This document shows, in pieces, positions 46,991 through 55,595 of a DNA stretch of 64,000 nt. Below the pieces are notes generated by a model, which worked only from the letters and a program-made list of their open reading frames with translations, was not told the DNA's origin and ran no database searches. Source of the DNA: a virus (lineage: Duplodnaviria > Caudoviricetes); IMG/VR virus record IMGVR_UViG_3300044719_000048, positions 64,001 through 128,000 of that record; one strand, given 5' to 3'. Each line of letters begins with the position of its first letter. Within the stretch, counting starts at the first letter, position 1. The translations under genes were made by a program, and so were the position numbers.

Positions 46991-47668
46991 TCAGAACTCC
47001 AGAATGAATTTGTTTCCGTCCCACGACGGGAAGCCTTTGGCACAGACGTTGTACTTCTCGACGCAGTACTCTACCGTCATCGAAGGCGTCATGTGGCCTC
47101 GGATGTCGAACGAAGAGGCCAGCCGTTCTTCTCTAGTAGCGGCGTCGATGATGCGCCACTTGAGGTCCGAACCATTGTGCAGAGTGTTGAACCGAATGTG
47201 GTAGGTCCTCATCTGATCGGTGACGGCCTGGACAACGATTTTGGCGGCTTCCTCAAAACGCGGTTCGTCCAGATACTTGTTGAACTGCAGATCGGGAGTA
47301 CCGACGTACGGCTGGAACAGCTTGTTGGTGTCCTCGAAACGGCCTTCCTGAATGGTATTCATGAACACCGTGAAGACCTTGTTCTCTCCGTCGGCCTCTG
47401 CCGCACTGAAGTAGGCAACGCGAGTGTCGTTCGTCGGATTCACGAAGTCCACGACTGTCCACTGATTCTTGACAGTCAGCGCTGCGATATGTCCCAGTGC
47501 GTAAGCCTGCTTGATGCGGTCCACTTCCGTGAAGCCCAGATGGGAAGTCACCGTGGACCGCGCCCAGTCGGCGTTGATGTGTACAGCGTTCAGAAGTGCG
47601 GCCACCTTGCGAGCCAGCGTGGTCTTGCCCGAACCCGGAAGGCCGATGATAGTGATGATCTTACGCAT
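46991..47668 (-). CDS. Adenylylsulfate (APS) kinase-like protein with an extra C-terminal domain
   Basis: GLPGSGKTTLA, NADWAR, HLGFTEVDR (cf. CysC DLGFS..DR), VVDFVNP. Confidence 0.75.
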   Translation of the reverse strand: MRKIITIIGLPGSGKTTLARKVAALLNAVHINADWARSTVTSHLGFTEVDRIKQAYALGHIAALTVKNQWTVVDFVNPTNDTRVAYFSAAEADGENKVFTVFMNTIQEGRFEDTNKLFQPYVGTPDLQFNKYLDEPRFEEAAKIVVQAVTDQMRTYHIRFNTLHNGSDLKWRIIDAATREERLASSFDIRGHMTPSMTVEYCVEKYNVCAKGFPSWDGNKFILEF

Positions 47669-48118
47669 TTATGCTCCCATGTAGATTGCGCTGTTAGATT
47701 CGTGCTCGGAGACTTCAACCGACACGAGCGTGACGCGGTCTCCGTAACCGGCGTCCTTCAACCACTGCTCAGCCACCTGGTAGGTGTACTCGGCGAATTT
47801 CTCGCACCCGCCTGCAGGAAGTTCTACCAACCGCAGGACGCCTAGGCGATGACCTTCACGGAACCACTCGATCTGCGGGTCGTCGGAAGCCACGATGGTA
47901 GTGTGATCGAACGTATCGGCCAGAATCTGCTTGAGGGACTTGACGCCGCCGAAGTCGACCACCCAGTTGCGCGCGTCCAAATCCTCTGCCGAAAACACGA
48001 ACCTGAAAGCCAACGCGTATCCGTGCAGAAGACGGCAGTGCGAGTCAGCCCGCCACTGGCGGAAGGCGCAACTGAAACCAGTGGAATGCGGGTAGTGTTT
48101 TGTGCTCTGATAGGACAT
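47669..48118 (-). CDS. queD: 6-carboxy-5,6,7,8-tetrahydropterin synthase
   Basis: FRQWRADSHCRLLHGY, WVVDFGG.K, FDH, GCEKFAE, VEVSEH..NSAIY; start at MSYQS (GGAG RBS). Confidence 0.93.
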   Translation of the reverse strand: MSYQSTKHYPHSTGFSCAFRQWRADSHCRLLHGYALAFRFVFSAEDLDARNWVVDFGGVKSLKQILADTFDHTTIVASDDPQIEWFREGHRLGVLRLVELPAGGCEKFAEYTYQVAEQWLKDAGYGDRVTLVSVEVSEHESNSAIYMGA

Positions 48119-48137
48119 GTCGATCTCCGGTGTAGAC

Positions 48138-48173
48138 AAAAAAGTGCCCGGCAGATCGATTCAATCTACCGGG
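48138..48173 (-). terminator. Terminator/attenuator hairpin in the queD leader
   Basis: CCCGGTAGAT-TGAATCG-ATCTGCCGGG-CAC-TTTTTT on the - strand. Confidence 0.65.
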
Positions 48174-48184
48174 TAATCACGTCT

Positions 48185-48192
48185 TATTTACT
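48185..48192 (-). promoter_or_regulatory. AGTAAATA promoter-like motif (class B)
   Basis: Overlaps the o-spanin stop; heads the deazaguanine operon. Confidence 0.55.
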
Positions 48193-48478
48193 AGTTGTTC
48201 AGCGCCTTCTTGAGCACTCGATCGGCATCGCGTTTGCGGGCCCTGCAATCGGCATAAGGCGTCACGACCTGCTGAATGAACGCCAGAACGTCGGCTTCGG
48301 TGTAGGCTCGGTTCTCCATCTTGGGTAGCGGATCGCAATCGCGCAGCGTCTCTTTCGGAATATCGACCTTGGTCTGCTTGGGGACCAGCACTACGTCCTC
48401 CAAAGGTTTCTGTTTTGGCGAGTCGTGTGCGCAGCCGGCCAGCAACACAGCTGCGGCAATCATGATGTACTTGATCAT
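48191..48478 (-). CDS. o-spanin (Rz1-like lipoprotein)
   Basis: Signal peptide with LLAGC lipobox, P-rich segment, two further Cys. Confidence 0.75.
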   Translation of the reverse strand: MIKYIMIAAAVLLAGCAHDSPKQKPLEDVVLVPKQTKVDIPKETLRDCDPLPKMENRAYTEADVLAFIQQVVTPYADCRARKRDADRVLKKALNN

Positions 48479-49023
48479 TTGTCCTCCGTCATGGTAGTGG
48501 TTGCCCCGCCAGCAGTGTCGCTGTGGACAGGGTTAGCAGGATCGCCGCTATCAAATGGAGCAGGTAAAGCAGCAGGGGTCTCATTGGGTTCCTCGTTCAC
48601 GTTCTCTATGAGGGCGTTGATAGCTTGCACGGTCTCGATGGACAGACCGCAGTGCTGCTGAATCTTCGGCTCTACGCTTGCGCGATAGTCCGAGATGATC
48701 TTGTCACGAGCGCGAATTTGTTGGTTCAGGTCCTTCACAGTCTCTACTGCCTGATTGGCTGCGTCCTTCTGGACGGCCTTGATCTTGTCGGCGACTGCTT
48801 TTCGTTCGGTGTTGACGAGCGCGGTCAACCCAGTCACGTTGTCTTTCAAGTGATCGACCTCTTCGTTACGGCTGGCGCGACCATCGGTAAAACCCTTCGT
48901 GTGCCCAGATGCGTAGCCGTCGGCGTGACCCCAGCTGTAGGCACCGAGACCAAGAGCAAACACTAGGGCGAGTAAGATCCATCCGGCGGACGACGAGAAA
49001 AATAGTTTGAGTGTTGAAAACAT
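48475..49023 (-). CDS. i-spanin (Rz-like)
   Basis: N-terminal TM helix and coiled coil; ATGA-coupled to the lipoprotein gene. Confidence 0.7.
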   Translation of the reverse strand: MFSTLKLFFSSSAGWILLALVFALGLGAYSWGHADGYASGHTKGFTDGRASRNEEVDHLKDNVTGLTALVNTERKAVADKIKAVQKDAANQAVETVKDLNQQIRARDKIISDYRASVEPKIQQHCGLSIETVQAINALIENVNEEPNETPAALPAPFDSGDPANPVHSDTAGGATTTMTEDK

Positions 49024-49033
49024 AGGCGGTTCC

Positions 49034-50047
49034 TTAGAAGTAGAGGCGTTTGATTTTTCGGATGATCCATTCGGGCATACAGCCGGGGTCCCACAATGTA
49101 ACGTCGGCCTTCTTCGCGGCCTTGGACGGGTACTCTTCGTGCTTGAACTGAATGTACGGTGATCCTTTCATGGACCACAGCTTGAGGACCTTCACCTTGA
49201 ACATAGATTCGACTCGAGGCTTAAGCAAGGCCGTTGCTTCCTTGCCAGCACAGTCGCCATCGAACAGTAGGATCAGGCGCTGTACACCAGCAAGTTCTAA
49301 GAGCTTGGCTTTGGTGTCGCTCCAGCTCTGCGTCCCCAAAATACAGAGCGCCGGTATGCCAGCAGCAATCAAGCGTAAGGCATCGCGCTGACCCTCAACT
49401 AAGACTATGGTCTTCGAGTCGAGCTCTCGCATCAGCTTGATGGAATAGTCAAACGGGAATAGCCCATGTGTCTTGGACCAAGGACCTTTGGCATTGATGT
49501 ACGAAGGAAAGTCAGGATGCTTGCGAAAGCGTGCCTTGATGTACCCGCGAAGCTCTCCGCTGATGTAGACCGGCAACCACAGACGAGGTTTCAGCAACCC
49601 GTATTCCTTGGATCGAATCCGACATACCTTTGCACCCAGGTCGATCAGCAAGTTGGTTTTGATGTCGCGCCACTTCTTGTTCTTTGGTAGGTCTGTGAGC
49701 TCCATAGGCTCGTTGACGAAGTCCTCATTGGCGTCCTCCGTAGGCTCGCCTGTTGGCAGCAGATTGAAGTTCGCGAATTCTTCGGACGGCTTCTCCCGCT
49801 TGAATGGCTTTAGACCAAGCAACGGGGCAACCTTATCCCAAGGACCTTTTCCGCCACAGCCGTAGCACTTGAGGAAGCCCGGACTCTTGGTAGTCTCCGA
49901 AACGAAGACGCGAGCGCTCGGCGTTCTCTCCGAATGGAACGGGCACAGTACGAAGACCGAACCGCTCTGTTCCTTCTTAGGTCCGGCGTATTGCTGGAGC
50001 TGGGTTCGTACGAAGTCCAGCTTTGATTGAGTCTCAACGTAGTCCAT
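49034..50047 (-). CDS. dnaG: DNA primase
   Basis: CPFH...CYGC zinc finger; TOPRIM LVEGQRDAL and FDGDCAG. Confidence 0.92.
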   Translation of the reverse strand: MDYVETQSKLDFVRTQLQQYAGPKKEQSGSVFVLCPFHSERTPSARVFVSETTKSPGFLKCYGCGGKGPWDKVAPLLGLKPFKREKPSEEFANFNLLPTGEPTEDANEDFVNEPMELTDLPKNKKWRDIKTNLLIDLGAKVCRIRSKEYGLLKPRLWLPVYISGELRGYIKARFRKHPDFPSYINAKGPWSKTHGLFPFDYSIKLMRELDSKTIVLVEGQRDALRLIAAGIPALCILGTQSWSDTKAKLLELAGVQRLILLFDGDCAGKEATALLKPRVESMFKVKVLKLWSMKGSPYIQFKHEEYPSKAAKKADVTLWDPGCMPEWIIRKIKRLYF

Positions 50048-50732
50048 GATCTATGGAAGGAAGTTCAGGGTCCTTGTAGAGGATGAGCTCTAAGGCATTG
50101 CACGCCTTCATAAGGCCCCATTTAGTGGAGTGCCTTTGAGTCAGCCTCCACCACTTGGAGCACAGGGCTAACGACGGAACGAACAGAGGTCGCTTCGTTA
50201 GCGTAGGCATAGCGTACACGGAGTAATTGAATGCCTTCATGGCCTGAAGCGTCTTCTTGTGGTCGAATGTACTCCACACGAGTTGAGCACTCCCCGAGTT
50301 CGAGTCCAAAAGGACCGACACGTAGAGAGGTTCGTTAGACGCCATTAGGTAGAAGGCACCGCTCACGGGATGGTCATCGACTCCCGTGTTCAGAATATTT
50401 ACCGTAGCGGCGTATGTAGCCGAGTCGAAGCGTTTCAGCAGCTGATGCAGCTTGTAGAGCTGCCGAGCATCTGCGTACTGCGCGTCCAACGTGGACAGTT
50501 CCTCAGCCAAATCGTGTCGAACGACCCAGCTGTCGGATAGAACGGTCATGCGTTTATATCGTTGGGGGATCAGGACCTCAACGGGCTCGGTGTCGAAGTA
50601 TTCGACGAAGCTGCCGTTGTACCGACCACTCACATGATGGCCGGATTTCTTGGAGAGAGTGGTCAGCTCTGGCAAAACCAGCTCAGCCACCGGCCTCTCT
50701 GATTGCAGGACAAGGGAACCTAAAATGGTCAT
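50034..50732 (-). CDS. Hypothetical protein
   Basis: 232 aa, TAATG-coupled within the replication operon. Confidence 0.65.
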   Translation of the reverse strand: MTILGSLVLQSERPVAELVLPELTTLSKKSGHHVSGRYNGSFVEYFDTEPVEVLIPQRYKRMTVLSDSWVVRHDLAEELSTLDAQYADARQLYKLHQLLKRFDSATYAATVNILNTGVDDHPVSGAFYLMASNEPLYVSVLLDSNSGSAQLVWSTFDHKKTLQAMKAFNYSVYAMPTLTKRPLFVPSLALCSKWWRLTQRHSTKWGLMKACNALELILYKDPELPSIDHGLR

Positions 50733-51097
50733 TAGTGTGCTCTCTCAGTTTCCCATTCGACGTGCTGTCCATGAAGATCAGCACCGAGTCGAACAGCGAT
50801 TTCGATTGGATTGGCGACATCAGCACCGCCATGAAGTTCATCCATTATGTAGTCGACTACGTCTTTGGCTACGCTGATGTCGGACACTTGGACATTGCAG
50901 ACCAAGATCTCGCGCATGTACACCAAGTAGCGTGAACTCTGCTGGTGCATTGGAACCTCAGCCAGCGAGATCTGGACTATCAAATTGTCTAGGCACGTCA
51001 GCCCAAGTACATAGACCTGGGCGGCGTGCGTGTCCAGTATGGACCAAGTGCAGTCATCGAAAGCCTGTATTACGTAGCGACTTTCGAGGTCTTGCAT
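50732..51097 (-). CDS. Hypothetical protein
   Basis: Start at MQDLES (GAGGAG RBS). Confidence 0.6.
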   Translation of the reverse strand: MQDLESRYVIQAFDDCTWSILDTHAAQVYVLGLTCLDNLIVQISLAEVPMHQQSSRYLVYMREILVCNVQVSDISVAKDVVDYIMDELHGGADVANPIEIAVRLGADLHGQHVEWETERAH

Positions 51098-54000
51098 TTC
51101 TTCTCCTCGTAGACTGGTTTGATTGCGGCTTTGATTTGCTCGTCCAGCTCCGAGATTCCGAGCAGCGGATACTTCTTCTGGAGGTAGGCTCGCATCTTCT
51201 TGTTGCGCCACGGCTCGAAGATTTGCTTGACCACCTCCGCGCGCGTTCCCTCTAGCAATCCGTCTTTCTCTGCCTCATCCACTGAAGACAGCAACGAAGT
51301 CACCAGCTGCGGAATGCTCCAATCCCACTTGTACGTGTTGTCGTCACGAGCACCCACTTCGATTTCGATTTCAGGCTCGACGCCGAACTCCACGTTGAAC
51401 TCCTCGGCATAGACCTTGGTCACACCATAGGTCGACGCGTATTGCAGGATGTGGATGAACGGCAGGATCATCGGGTAGATGACGCTGAAATAGTTCGCGT
51501 CGTGAACCACTCGATTGTAAGGCACGCGCAGAGCCCATTCGTCGTACTCGATGCCGAGGATCTCGCAGAACTTCGGCAGCTCCTTGTAGTAGAGCTCGAT
51601 GATTAGACGGCCGGCCTTGATACCGATCTCCGATGCAAAGCCTTGGATCGGTGCGTTGGAACCCCTGCGAGCCTGTTTGTTGATGATCGTCCTGTCCCCA
51701 GTCATCGCAGCGTACAGGCGACGGACACGGCCAATAGGGGAATACACGTAGTACTTCTCGACCGCCAGCTTCTTCATCTTCTCGGTCCACGCTGCCGACT
51801 TCTTGAACTCCTTGAACAGCTTGTCCAGAATGTCTTGCGCGTACGGCGTACGATCCTCGGCCATCAGCGCCTTCAGCTCTTTCTCGGCCTTGGCGATGTC
51901 CTGGGCGGTCGCGTCCTTAGCACCGATGCGCTTCATCAGAGCCTGCCGGTCGCCCATCTTCGTGTCTTCGCCGAGCGTCTCTGCACCCTTGGAATAAATG
52001 GCTCCGAAGATAACGGCCTTAACGGCGTCACGCAGCGGGTGATCCTTGTCGACCTGTTTGTTGAAGAAGCGCTTGACGTTCAGAATGTGCAAGTCGCCTT
52101 TCTCTTTCACGGCCTTGCGGTTCTCGTCGGACGGATTCTGAATGAATGCCTGCCGGAGTTTCTGGCCGATCTTGAAGATGCCTGCCAGCACTTGATCCTT
52201 ACCGACGTACGACCAGACACGAACTTCGTGTGCCGAATAGTCGAAACGAACCAGCAGCGTGCCCTTGCGCGCCACGAACATCCGCTTGATGATCTTGGCC
52301 AACTTGCCGCGCGAAGGAATCTGCTGGAGATTTGGATTCTTACTGTTGAGGCGGCCTGTCGTCACGTCGAAGAACGAGTAGTCAGCCCTTAAGTGCTGGT
52401 CCTCGATCGAGTCCCTGTTGGAACGCAGTTTCTTCAACCACCCCTTGGCATAAGTGGACATCAGCTTGCCCAACTTGGCGTATTCGCCGTATGCCGCAAC
52501 CACGTGGTTGCGGGCCTCCATCTCTGCAACGAACGCTTTGTCCACTGACTTCTCGCCCTGTTTGGTCTCGTTGACGGGCTCCATGCCCATCACATCGAAG
52601 AACAGGGTACGCAAATGGTTGGGCTTCGTCATGGACAGCGCCCACTTGGCGGAGGCTTTGGCCTTGCCGAACAAGCCCTTGGCCTTCATACCTGACTCGC
52701 CGAGGATGCGTTGATTGGCTTCTTGTACCTCGGGGAACTTCCTGAACTCGGCGGCCAGTCGTTTCATTTCCGTGCGCAACGGCGACTCGGTCGAAACCAG
52801 ATGCTTGAGGTATTTGATGTCGACCAGCGAACCGTCCTCACGCAGATGGGACAGCATGTGCGCCGTATCGCCCATCTGGTCGATCATGTGACGAATGAAA
52901 TACGGCTTGTAGTTGCGACCCTCGATGTCGAACTTGGAGGCCCGTCGAATCTGCTGGTGGCGAATCTTCAACAGCGACTGCACGTCCATTGCGCCGTACT
53001 TCTGGAAACCCTTATCGGTAGGTTTGACCGCAGCGATAGTTGAACGGTCTTCCTTGCCGAAGTCCGCCGTGTAGTAGTAATCGCATTCGTACGAGCACAA
53101 GACCGCAGCCAAGTTACCGGGCTTGGAGTTGAAGTTGGCCAAGTCGGAAATGTTCTCGTCCAGCTCGTGCTCGCCTGCTGTGATCTCCCACACGTCATGC
53201 CAGATGATCGCCAGCTTCAGGCAGCGACGAATGACCCTTAGGTCGTACATGATGTTGAAGCCCACCAGCAGCTTCTTCTGCTTGGATCGGAAGAGCTTGC
53301 GCAGACGCTGCTTGATGTACTTGCGTTGTTCCTTTGTCCAGCAGTCTTGCAAGGGGTGATCGATTGGGATCACATACCCGTACTCGGGGCTCGATTCCAA
53401 AGCGAACTGGATTGTGTAGAGGGCGTTGCCGAGCACTGAGAGGTCGCGCGTCTCCGTGTCGACCGCGATGATCTCCTCGGCCTCTACCTTGTCCATCAGA
53501 CGATCGAATTTCTCGATGGTGTCGATGTATCGCGGGGTCGGCACAAAACCCTTGAGGGAATGCGGGTGGCGTCCCAGCATCAGATAAGTCAGGTGCCTGC
53601 ACCAGAAACCCAGGAGGTTTGCGAACTGACCCTGCTTCTCCAGCAAGCGGGAGAAGTCCAGCGTCGAGGTGACCTTGACCTTATGGTCGCCGGATTTCAG
53701 TTCGTGCACCCAGCCGCGTTTGTAGGCATGCTGTTCGATCTGAGGCCACATAGCGTGGAAGGCCTCATCGCCCGCGACCAACACATGGGTCGGCTTGAGC
53801 TTGCGGATCAGCTTGTGTGCATGCGCGGCGAACTCGTTCTCCATTCCCTTGCGAGCGGAACCTTTCAAGTTCAAGTGACGCTTGCGGTTGAATGGAGCCA
53901 CGACGTAGGCCGGGCTCTTCATATTCTCGTCGTATCGACGTGCGGTCTCCAGTGCATACTTGAGGGCGTTGACCGCACAGGTGCGAACCGTCTTGTCGCC

Positions 54001-54153
54001 GAGCATACCTTTTGCCTTGAGGTCTCGACTATCGACGGTCTGCATGAAGATCAAGATCTTGGTCTTGGCCGAGTTCCACGAGGCGCACTTAGGGATGCTC
54101 AACTCGTAGGCGTCCTCAGCCTCGAAAGGGAAAGTGAACCGTTGCTCAAGCAC
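51070..54153 (-). CDS. polA: Family A DNA polymerase with 3'-5' exonuclease and an N-terminal UDG-like domain
   Basis: Exo AVDTET, FNIMYD, YGAMD; TGRLNSKNPNLQQIP; motif A DYSAHEVR; motif B R.AVKAVIFGAIY; NAPIQG; motif C VHDA. Confidence 0.97.
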   Translation of the reverse strand: MLEQRFTFPFEAEDAYELSIPKCASWNSAKTKILIFMQTVDSRDLKAKGMLGDKTVRTCAVNALKYALETARRYDENMKSPAYVVAPFNRKRHLNLKGSARKGMENEFAAHAHKLIRKLKPTHVLVAGDEAFHAMWPQIEQHAYKRGWVHELKSGDHKVKVTSTLDFSRLLEKQGQFANLLGFWCRHLTYLMLGRHPHSLKGFVPTPRYIDTIEKFDRLMDKVEAEEIIAVDTETRDLSVLGNALYTIQFALESSPEYGYVIPIDHPLQDCWTKEQRKYIKQRLRKLFRSKQKKLLVGFNIMYDLRVIRRCLKLAIIWHDVWEITAGEHELDENISDLANFNSKPGNLAAVLCSYECDYYYTADFGKEDRSTIAAVKPTDKGFQKYGAMDVQSLLKIRHQQIRRASKFDIEGRNYKPYFIRHMIDQMGDTAHMLSHLREDGSLVDIKYLKHLVSTESPLRTEMKRLAAEFRKFPEVQEANQRILGESGMKAKGLFGKAKASAKWALSMTKPNHLRTLFFDVMGMEPVNETKQGEKSVDKAFVAEMEARNHVVAAYGEYAKLGKLMSTYAKGWLKKLRSNRDSIEDQHLRADYSFFDVTTGRLNSKNPNLQQIPSRGKLAKIIKRMFVARKGTLLVRFDYSAHEVRVWSYVGKDQVLAGIFKIGQKLRQAFIQNPSDENRKAVKEKGDLHILNVKRFFNKQVDKDHPLRDAVKAVIFGAIYSKGAETLGEDTKMGDRQALMKRIGAKDATAQDIAKAEKELKALMAEDRTPYAQDILDKLFKEFKKSAAWTEKMKKLAVEKYYVYSPIGRVRRLYAAMTGDRTIINKQARRGSNAPIQGFASEIGIKAGRLIIELYYKELPKFCEILGIEYDEWALRVPYNRVVHDANYFSVIYPMILPFIHILQYASTYGVTKVYAEEFNVEFGVEPEIEIEVGARDDNTYKWDWSIPQLVTSLLSSVDEAEKDGLLEGTRAEVVKQIFEPWRNKKMRAYLQKKYPLLGISELDEQIKAAIKPVYEEKKCKTSKVAT

Positions 54154-54394
54154 GTGTGGACTCCTGTTGTTTAGGCAAAGGCTTTAGGGTGACGATCATG
54201 AATTCCCCTGTGCTTGTGTAAGTGACGCGCTGTACGCTACGGACCTTGCGCTCTTGTCCGTCGATCAGTACTGTGGTGCCACCTATGCGCTCGTTTACCG
54301 CATGGACGAACACCCGGTTGGCGTGTGCTCGATGTATCCGGTGAATCGTGTCGCGTGTCTGATCTGGAAACACCATATGCTTGAGCTCTATCAT
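54146..54394 (-). CDS. Hypothetical protein
   Basis: 82 aa, GGAGG RBS, ATGA overlap. Confidence 0.6.
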   Translation of the reverse strand: MIELKHMVFPDQTRDTIHRIHRAHANRVFVHAVNERIGGTTVLIDGQERKVRSVQRVTYTSTGEFMIVTLKPLPKQQESTRA

Positions 54395-54870
54395 TGCGCC
54401 TCCAGTTGTTGCAGACGTTGTCGACCTTTATCAGTCAGGAAGACCTGGCACTCACAGAATACACCATCAGCGTTGTACTGAGTGAGGTAGCCTTTGTGGA
54501 TCAACGTGTCTGTCTTCCTCTTTATGAGACGAACTTCGTCGAAGCCCGAAGCGTTCAGCCATTGACGATAGTAGCCCATGACCGGCCAGATTTCGTGGTC
54601 TCCGATGTAGCGAAGGACTTCGACGGTTGGAATGTCTGCGCAGCGAAGACGCGGAATCTCGTAGCGCTTGAGTGGCTTGCAGTGGACCAGAATGGTCTTG
54701 TGGAACCCGGGAACGACTTCGATGCGCGAGGTCGAGTAGACGAAGCGTTGGACTCCGTTGATGATGCACGTCGTATAGCTCAGACCTTCGGCGTGATGGT
54801 GCTGGACGCGGAAGTGGTTGTCGTCTGTCGGATCGGTGGGCAGCTTGGGTACTACGAACAGGATTTTCAT
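54391..54870 (-). CDS. Hypothetical protein
   Basis: 159 aa, GGAGG RBS; first gene of the polymerase operon. Confidence 0.65.
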   Translation of the reverse strand: MKILFVVPKLPTDPTDDNHFRVQHHHAEGLSYTTCIINGVQRFVYSTSRIEVVPGFHKTILVHCKPLKRYEIPRLRCADIPTVEVLRYIGDHEIWPVMGYYRQWLNASGFDEVRLIKRKTDTLIHKGYLTQYNADGVFCECQVFLTDKGRQRLQQLEAQ

Positions 54871-54890
54871 GAGGCCTCCATTAACACTAA

Positions 54891-54898
54891 TATTTACT
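54891..54898 (-). promoter_or_regulatory. AGTAAATA promoter-like motif (class B)
   Basis: Between a terminator and the RBS; heads the polA-primase operon. Confidence 0.65.
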
Positions 54899-54914
54899 GC
54901 ACTTGAGTCGGTAC

Positions 54915-54941
54915 AAACGACAAAAGGTGCCCGAAGGCACC
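54915..54941 (-). terminator. Intrinsic terminator with a UUCG tetraloop
   Basis: GGTGCC-TTCG-GGCACC-TTTTGTCGTTT. Confidence 0.88.
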
Positions 54942-54960
54942 AATTGTGTTGAGGCTTGAG

Positions 54961-55593
54961 TTACAGCTGGACGCGGCCGCGTGCCACTGCGACCTGTTCG
55001 GTCAGCGCTCTCACTCGGCTGGTCAGCTCGAGGAGTCGGCTGTGCATCGGCGAATAAGGCACTGGCTGCGGATCACCGCCGCACTTCAGCTCGTTACTGT
55101 CGAACGTGAGGATTGGTTCGATGGACTGGATCAGTGCCTGCGCTTGGGTTTCCAGGTCGTACAACGCACCTGCCAGGTCGTTGAAGGCGCCGTCGATAGG
55201 GGAGACCTTGATCTCGGGGTCGCAACACCGCAGCTGCGACATGGACTGGAGGTTGGTCTGGAAAGCCGTGTCTTGCGGTGCAGTAAGCGGAGGCATTGGC
55301 GTCTGCTGCATATTGGCCGCGATCTTCCGTGCCAGTTCGTCCATGTCGATGTCGGCCGGTACCTGGACGCCGAAGACCCTCGACTGAACGTCGTCTGCAC
55401 GTTGATTGGCTGCACGAGCCTTGACGCTGGACGATTTCGTTTTCGGAATGTTCTGCGCGGTTGCGCCGACGATGCTGCCAGTGGTACTGCTGATGCGACC
55501 AGTGTTACTGCTGATGCGACCAGTGGTGGCGCCGGTGCCGACGCGAGCGGCAGCAGTGGAGGAAACGGTTTTCAGGCCTTTTACTTTGGTCAT
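54961..55593 (-). CDS. Hypothetical protein with a low-complexity N-terminus
   Basis: 210 aa; TTGRISS repeats; helical C-terminus. Confidence 0.65.
   Translation of the reverse strand: MTKVKGLKTVSSTAAARVGTGATTGRISSNTGRISSTTGSIVGATAQNIPKTKSSSVKARAANQRADDVQSRVFGVQVPADIDMDELARKIAANMQQTPMPPLTAPQDTAFQTNLQSMSQLRCCDPEIKVSPIDGAFNDLAGALYDLETQAQALIQSIEPILTFDSNELKCGGDPQPVPYSPMHSRLLELTSRVRALTEQVAVARGRVQL
55478..55527. repeat. 21-bp tandem repeat, 2.4 copies
   Basis: CCAGTG(G/T)TACTGCTGATGCGA x2 plus CCAGTGGT; in frame. Confidence 0.85.
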
Positions 55594-55595
55594 GT

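Noticed and set aside
48119-48184. Known preQ1 riboswitch before queD
   Set aside because: Lacks the class I stem-loop and A-rich 3' tail; retained only as an unclassified switch candidate.
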